Shown: positions 59,011 through 64,000 of the stretch, in pieces
Position numbering within the stretch: position 1 is the first letter of the stretch
Layout: every line of letters starts with the position of its first letter
NCBI RefSeq assembly: GCF_036365525.1
Contig: NC_090399.1
Span: 54,530,430-54,594,429 of the forward strand
Source: Heterodontus francisci
Taxonomy: Eukaryota
DNA length: 64,000 nt
Direction: 5' to 3'
Position numbers and translations under genes: made by a program
Notes under the pieces: generated by a model
The model's input: only the letters and a program-made list of their open reading frames with translations
Told to the model about the DNA's origin: nothing
Databases searched by the model: none

Positions 59011-59477
59011 TTAGAAAGGTTCAGTGTGGCTTGGATTACATTCCTATGAAGCACTGAGAGGTTTATCTACATTAAGGGAGCTAAATAAATGCAGGTTGTT
59101 GCCTGTCTGCAGATATTGGAATTATGTATAATTTAAAATCATTTCCATCACCTACATGGTCATTCATCCCCACATTAGTCTCAGAATAGGCTTGTGGAAG
59201 CACAGTGATGGAGACGGTCTATTAAAAATTGGCTTGCTCCCATTTTCAGACATGGGTTGCAATTCGTGATCTGCCCCCGCCTGGTCTAGGTGAGGCAGGC
59301 AGTACATAAACGTCCCGATTAGAATGATTGTAGCGTTCCCCTAATCGCGACCTACAGGTCTTCCAAATAGCCTGCAGCTCTTAAAGGCATTCTGCCCTTC
59401 TTAAAGAGGAGCTGTCCAGACTGCAAGAAAGCTGCTGCTGACTTCCATGCAGGAACTGCCTGGACATAACAGCACCC

Positions 59478-60435
59478 AAGTGAGAACCAGGCCATATATA
59501 ATAAGTTGAGAGGGGAGATGAAGAGGCAAATTAGACTGGCAAAGACAGACCATGAGAATAGAACGGCAGTCAGCATTAAATGGAGCCCAAAGATCTGCTA
59601 CCGGCATGTAAATAGTAAGAGAGTAGTAAGAGATGGAGTGGGGCCTATTCGGGACAAAGAGTGGGGCCTATTCGGGCGAATATACTTAATCAGTACTTTG
59701 TATAGAGGCAATGGAAAGGGTAAAATTGAGAGGGAAGAAGTACTGGAAAGGCTGGCTATTTTAGGGTAGATAAGTCACTTGCTCTGAATGGTTTGCCATA
59801 ATCTTCCAATCTTCCCTGGATACGGTGCATAGGTGCAAAGACAGCCTGAACAACTACAGGCCAGCTAATTTAACATTAGTGGTGGGTAAGGTTTTAGAAA
59901 CAATAATCAGGGGGGAAAAAAAAAACATTCACAGAGAAGTTTGAGTTGATTAAGGATAGCCAGCACGGACTTGTAAAAGGCAGATCACGCCTGACTAATC
60001 TAACTTAATTTTTTGATGAAGTAACAGGGAAGGTTGAAGGGAATGCAGTGCACCTTGTTTCTATGAATTTTCAGAAAACATTTGATAAGGTACCACATAA
60101 AAGGCTGGTGAACAGAATTGAGGCTCATGGAATAGGAGGGTAAGTGTCCAATTGGATAAAAATATTGGCTCAAGGACAGAAAACAGCGGGTTATAATAAA
60201 TGGTTGCTTTTCAGACTGGAGGATGGTAGACAGTGGTATTCCCTAAGGGTCAGTGCTGGGACCACTGCTTTTTTTGCAATATATAAAAGGATTTGGATCT
60301 TGGAATACAGAGCAGAATCTCAAAATGTGCCACTTACACCAAACTTGGAGGTGTGGCAAACAGTGAGGATGATATAAGTCACCTGCAACAGGGCAGAGAT
60401 AGACTAGTAGAATGGGCAGACAGAATTCAATACTG
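59478..60435 (+). mobile_element. Old, internally deleted CR1 fragment
   Basis: HVNSKRVVRDGVGPIRDK, NYRPA, SQHG.VKGRS, FQKTFDKVPH remnants. Confidence 0.8.
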
Positions 60436-60544
60436 ACAGGTATCAGCCTCACACCCACCTCTCGCAACCTCCATCTATTTAGCCACAGCAAGCACAACAC
60501 TGAAACACAGAGCAACACCACCACTAGCATCCTTCCCTCTGTCC

Positions 60545-61600
60545 TGCACGGCAAGGTGACCCATAACCGCAGGGAGCAGAGCAGAACCGGAGGGAGACAG
60601 ATATGGCTGCATTTCCTGAATCCTCTGGAGAAGATGGTCCTCTGCATCATGGGAACAGCAGCGAGAGAGCCCATTGTATCCAGTGTTGCTGAGAACATTA
60701 AGGATGACTACATGCTTCTGACTTTTGCCCCTTCTCAAATTCCCTCGCACGGTGGGTTCTTTAGATGCTTGTGTAGTCAGGGTCAGCCCTTGGTGACTCA
60801 CCAAGGATGAGTGGAGTGCAACCATGCCGGGGGAAAAAAGGATAGTGTGTGTGTGTGTGTGCGCACCAGCTTAGCAGAGGGTGAGGCTGCAGACAACTTC
60901 TGCCGCAGGGGACTCGAATACTGATTGCAATGGGGTGAACTACAGGAGAATGCCGATGAGCATATGCACCGATATCCTTAGTGAACCAGCAGGTGTGCCA
61001 GACAACCTCTTGTCACTGTCAAGGAGCATGGAGGATTCTGGCTACTAATTGCCACAGGGCATCATGCAAGGTTTGCAGTCCATCCTTTCCAATGTGGAAG
61101 TGGTGGCCAACTGCACGACAGCACTTGGGAGACCCAGCCATGATGCAGCACTTGATGACCGATGCTGTGCAGGCTCAGGCATGGCTACAGATCTCAGTGC
61201 TCAAAGGACATGCAGGTTCTCATGGCAGTCCAACAATCTGTCCTCCGACAGATTACTAAGAATGCTGAGGCGCCACCCCGCCCGTGGAAGTGCCAGTGAC
61301 TCCCAAGATGCATGAAGCTACTGTCCTCTCTCAGAATGACAGCTTTCTTGCTCCAATCACTGCTACTCGGCCAGTGCCCTTGCTGTAGCCTCCCAGCTCA
61401 GATTGCTGCTGCCCATGCTGAGGTGGAACAGTACGAAGCTGGGCCTTCTAGTCCCAGAGCTGCTGCAGGGTATCTTGCAAGGCCATCTGCAGTCTCCCCC
61501 AGTGAAAGTCAGCAGCCTTCCACCATCCATGCTGCAGGAACTGGGGTAGCACTGCATCAGACTACTAAGCCAGCCAAAGACACTAAGGGAATTTATAACC
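60545..61600 (+). pseudogene. Harbinger ORF2 (Myb/SANT-like partner protein) remnant
   Basis: KVTHNRREQSRTGG..LNPLEKMVLCIMG matches the post-SANT 'TGGG..LTPLEE' motif. It converges on a transposase remnant. Confidence 0.6.
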
Positions 61601-61664
61601 ATGAATACTTCATTTTTGACTGGAAAATGGATGTGTTATTGGATAATGTTGTTATGGATATATG

Positions 61665-62935
61665 GTAAATCCTGTTGAACATCAAGGGGAGATGGTTAGA
61701 TTCTCTCTCGTTGCAGATGGTCATTGCCTGGCACTTGTGTGGTGCCACTTATCATCCCAAGCCTGAACGTTGCTGTATATGGACACGGACTGCTTCAGTA
61801 TCTTGAGTTGCAAATGGTACTTGTTACAACCAGGTGAGAAAGGTGTCGAGGGGTCATTCTCAGCCTTCACCTGGTCTCACTGCAAGAGGGTTTAATTTTT
61901 AAAACACACTGTTTTGAACTCCCCTTGGTGAATCCTTATTCACCGCTTTCCAATCATAAGGCAAAGAAATGAGCATAGAGTCAGCGTTACCCAGCACAGA
62001 AACAGGCCCTTCAGCCCAGCCCAAACAGGCTTTCTTAGGGTTAAAGAAGTGAAATTTATTCAAACTTAAAGTTTAATTCGGTTAACGTTTACGGATACAA
62101 GATGTGCCCACTCCAGCATGCATAAGTGATACATACATGCAGATAGGGGCAGAAAAGAGGAGAAAAAATAAAGTGGAGAGGTTTGAGGCAATATCTGGAA
62201 TTTCTTGTTACTGTGCTTCGAGCTCACTGTAGAGTCCTTTTGTAGGTAGTTCTTACTGGTAGGTAATTCTTGCTTTTGATTGGGGCCGAGTATTCTTCTT
62301 AAACCTTGTTCACTTGAAGAGACTTTTCTCTCTTGGGTGTCTTCAATGTACTCCAAAGCTGGTGAGAAAGAGATGGGAGCAGACAGGAGAGAGATGTTCT
62401 TCTTCCAGGAACCAGGAGCTTTCTCACTTCAAATTCCCTGTGGCAAGTTCAAATTCAAAAAACTCCAACAGTCAGTCAGTCATGTGACTAAACTGGTATG
62501 ACTACGTCTGTTTGTGTATTCGGCCATCTTAGCAGTAAACCTGGAATGCTAGCCTCTCCACCTTTAACAGTCTGGTAATCAAAAGTCCACTGTGTATTAA
62601 ATTGGAACATGGAGTGGTCCCTTTGTCTGTTCCAAGTACTGTCTGTTAAAATGCAAATATATTTCCAGCCAGGGGCTCGGCAACCCCTTGTAATAGGCCT
62701 TCTTTTCTTCCACCAACAATTTTAAAATTTAATGTCCATGTGACAAAATATCTGTATCCCATTCTTGGCAGATAGGGGCTGCATGACATACTGAACAAGG
62801 TACAATCATCAGCAAACATCACACTTCTGACCTTATGATGGAGGGAAGGCCAATTATGAAGCAGCTGAATGAAGATGGCTGGGCCCAGGACACTACCCTG
62901 AGGAAATCCTGCAGCAGTGCTCACGGACAGCATGT
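61665..62935 (-). mobile_element. LINE RT fragment interrupted by a solo LTR
   Basis: [26 protein letters not shown]|GAAC rejoins across the LTR. Confidence 0.75.
61822..62788. mobile_element. Solo LTR (967 bp)
   Basis: TGTTAC...ATGACA ends with a 4-bp TSD TACT (61818-61821, 62789-62792). Confidence 0.8.
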
Positions 62936-62989
62936 CCGCAGTGAAGGGGTCCCGGATCCTCCTCCTCAAGTGACCTCCCTATGCTCAGT

Positions 62990-63830
62990 GGCAATGGCTG
63001 TGCCCTCGTAACCTTGTAATAGCAAGGTTGAGGAGGATGCAATAGAGCACAGCAAACCTGATACTCGCTTCAGAGGTGTATTGTAGGATTTCCCATCGAG
63101 TGGTCCAGGCAGTGAGACTCTTGCTTACGAGCATCACTGGTCTGTTCCACAATGGAGGAGGGGAGCCATCAGCCATGTGTACGGGGGTGGAGGAGGATAA
63201 AAGCAAAATACTGCAGATGCTGGAAATCTGAAATAAAAATAGAAAGTGCTGGAAATAATCAGCAGGTCTGGCAGCATTTGTGGAGAAGGAAACAGAGTTA
63301 ACGTTTCAGGTCGATGACCTTTCATCAGAACAGGGAGTATCCTGTGTCTCCAGGTTAATGCCGTTTCTGTAGCTCTCCCCGTTGATCCGTGGGACCCACA
63401 GAGCCAATGGCTCCCTGCACTATTGGGAACCCCACTATCCTAGCAAAGCCATGTGCTTGTTCATCCTGCTTCTCTCAGATTAGAGAGAGATAATGCTGAA
63501 CACTCTATTCCCCGCATACAGGGCCTCCATCACCTCCTGGATGCTGTGATCAACGACCTGGGATATGTTTGCAACATGGCCTGTTCCTGCCTGGAAGGAT
63601 CCAGTTGCGTAGAAGTGTAGAGTGACAATGATAGCCACTGGCAGTGACATCCTCCCCCTGTGTGGGGCTTCAGGTCCTGAAGGTGGTGGCACATTCTGTG
63701 ACCACATCCTTCCTGAATGTGAGTCACACTGTCCCTGGCTGAGGTGAAGGTAGAGAAGTGCTCCCTTAAAGCCCGTGGGTGAGTAAGGTCTTCTCTGGAG
63801 AGTCCTTCTCCTCCTCCCGCACTTAACTTT
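62990..63830 (-). pseudogene. PIF/Harbinger (HARBI1-like) DDE transposase remnant
   Basis: SLPVAIIVTLHFYATGSFQ..ANISQ..EVMEALY and LQYT..RFAVLYCILLNLAI. Frameshifted and interrupted. Confidence 0.8.
63197..63331 (-). mobile_element. Penelope pLTR fragment with canonical CUGAUGA hammerhead (63296-63331)
   Basis: Minus strand GTT-CTGATGA-A-AGGTC(ATC)GACCT-GAAAC-GTT-AACT followed by the pLTR terminus. Confidence 0.82.
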
Positions 63831-63849
63831 CCCCTCTCTGCAGCCTCTT

Positions 63850-64000
63850 CTAGTCGGAAAATGAGGTGCTGTCCCTCGAGCTTGACGTTTACTGGAACAC
63901 TGCAGTAGACCAAGGACCCAAATGTAAGTATGAGAGAAGGGTGGTGAATTAAAATGGCAAGCACCCTGAAGCTCGGGATCATGCTTGCAGACTGAGTGGA
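63850..64000 (-). mobile_element. Penelope endonuclease fragment running off the window
   Basis: Minus strand ..CSVPVNVKLEGQHLIFRL, similar to 30360-30520. Confidence 0.75.

Noticed and set aside
62990-63830. Host HARBI1 gene
   Set aside because: Frameshifted, interrupted by a Penelope fragment and paired with an ORF2 remnant; a transposon fossil.

Overview
Eukaryotic, repeat-dense DNA, very probably from a cartilaginous fish (shark or ray), judged from an HE1/V-SINE, shark-type CR1 and Penelope elements, and a shark-style MHC alpha2 motif. The window contains three large G-rich minisatellites (1-23.4 kb, 23.9-26.9 kb, 54.0-57.9 kb). It also contains a four-level nest of CR1 LINEs, Penelope-like elements whose terminal repeats carry hammerhead-ribozyme motifs, L2/Tx1/SINE fragments, a solo LTR and a decayed Harbinger transposon. 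Among the repeats are exons of MHC class I-like gene(s) that the ORF track does not annotate correctly. On the + strand lie a frameshifted alpha2 exon and an alpha3 exon split by a CR1 insertion just before its second cysteine. On the - strand lie an intact-looking transmembrane exon (with a His in the helix) and a terminal cytoplasmic exon. This is either an inversion-broken gene or two tail-to-tail paralogues. The long Gly/Arg-rich ORFs in the arrays are artefacts. All family assignments come from recognising motifs by eye; no database search was run.
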